Assembly: GCA_036172245.1 (NCBI GenBank)
Contig: JAYWIR010000026.1
Coordinates: 1,550,001-1,614,000 of the forward strand
DNA length: 64,000 nt
DNA from: Raillietiella orientalis
Lineage: Eukaryota
Reading direction: 5' to 3'
The notes beneath the pieces are model-generated. The model saw nothing but the letters and a program-made list of their open reading frames with translations, was not told the origin of the DNA and searched no databases. Made by a program: the position numbers and the translations under genes. Positions within the stretch are counted from its first letter, which is position 1. Every line of letters starts with the position of its first letter. Shown here piece by piece: positions 63,614 through 64,000 of this stretch.

Positions 63614-64000
63614 CGTCGTCGTCGTCGTGTCGTTCGCTCGCCTTCGTAAAGAAGGACACGGTGGTGGTGCCGCAGGGGATGACGTAAGCAGCCGTCAGCG
63701 CGAGGTCGGTCGTCGGATCGCTCCTCTCTCTGAGCGTACGCTCGGACGCAGCCTGCCTCCTCTCTGCCGGAACGCCCTTTAAATACTTCGCAGGAGAGGC
63801 GGCGGCGGAGGCCTCCTGCAACAGCGCCGAAGGAAAGCTCGCGCGCGCGCGCGATCCGGCAGACTTCTTGGAGGCGCTCGAAGGCGCTCGTTCTTGCAAG
63901 GAGGAGGGGCGCGATGGGAGGGGGCAAGCAGCGACGGAGAACTTGGAGATGAGCGCCGAGAGAAAGGAGGAGAAGAGGAAGGGGGAGAGAGAAAGAAAAA

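Noticed and set aside
1..64000. CRISPR arrays, rRNA, operons or prokaryotic defence systems
   Set aside because: No regularly spaced direct repeats, no rRNA-like sequence and no dense intronless gene arrangement; the DNA is spliced eukaryotic.

Overview
Eukaryotic genomic DNA, most likely arthropod and plausibly chelicerate (inferred from one gene family). It is mostly intronic/intergenic, very GC-rich (about 60-70% by eye), with many purine/pyrimidine tracts and microsatellites. A smooth AT-rich valley lies at about 49.4-55.6 kb. Nearly all of the supplied six-frame ORFs are GC-content artefacts. Two spliced genes can be reconstructed by hand. (1) A five-coding-exon + strand gene (10138-16968) encoding a 218-aa secreted DM4/DM12-like four-cysteine protein; the model requires one GC-AG intron. 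(2) A - strand gene (63613-62736) encoding a ~100-aa signal-peptide protein of unknown family whose 3' end is uncertain. Other elements: several very decayed Ty3/Gypsy-like and one LINE-like remnant, a tRNA-like shell enclosing a perfect 19-bp hairpin, an interleaved inverted duplication resembling a template-switch scar, and a stop-riddled ~330-codon frame with a chromodomain-like motif at the edge of the AT valley. I see no convincing new multi-gene system. All family calls come from motif recall, not database searches.
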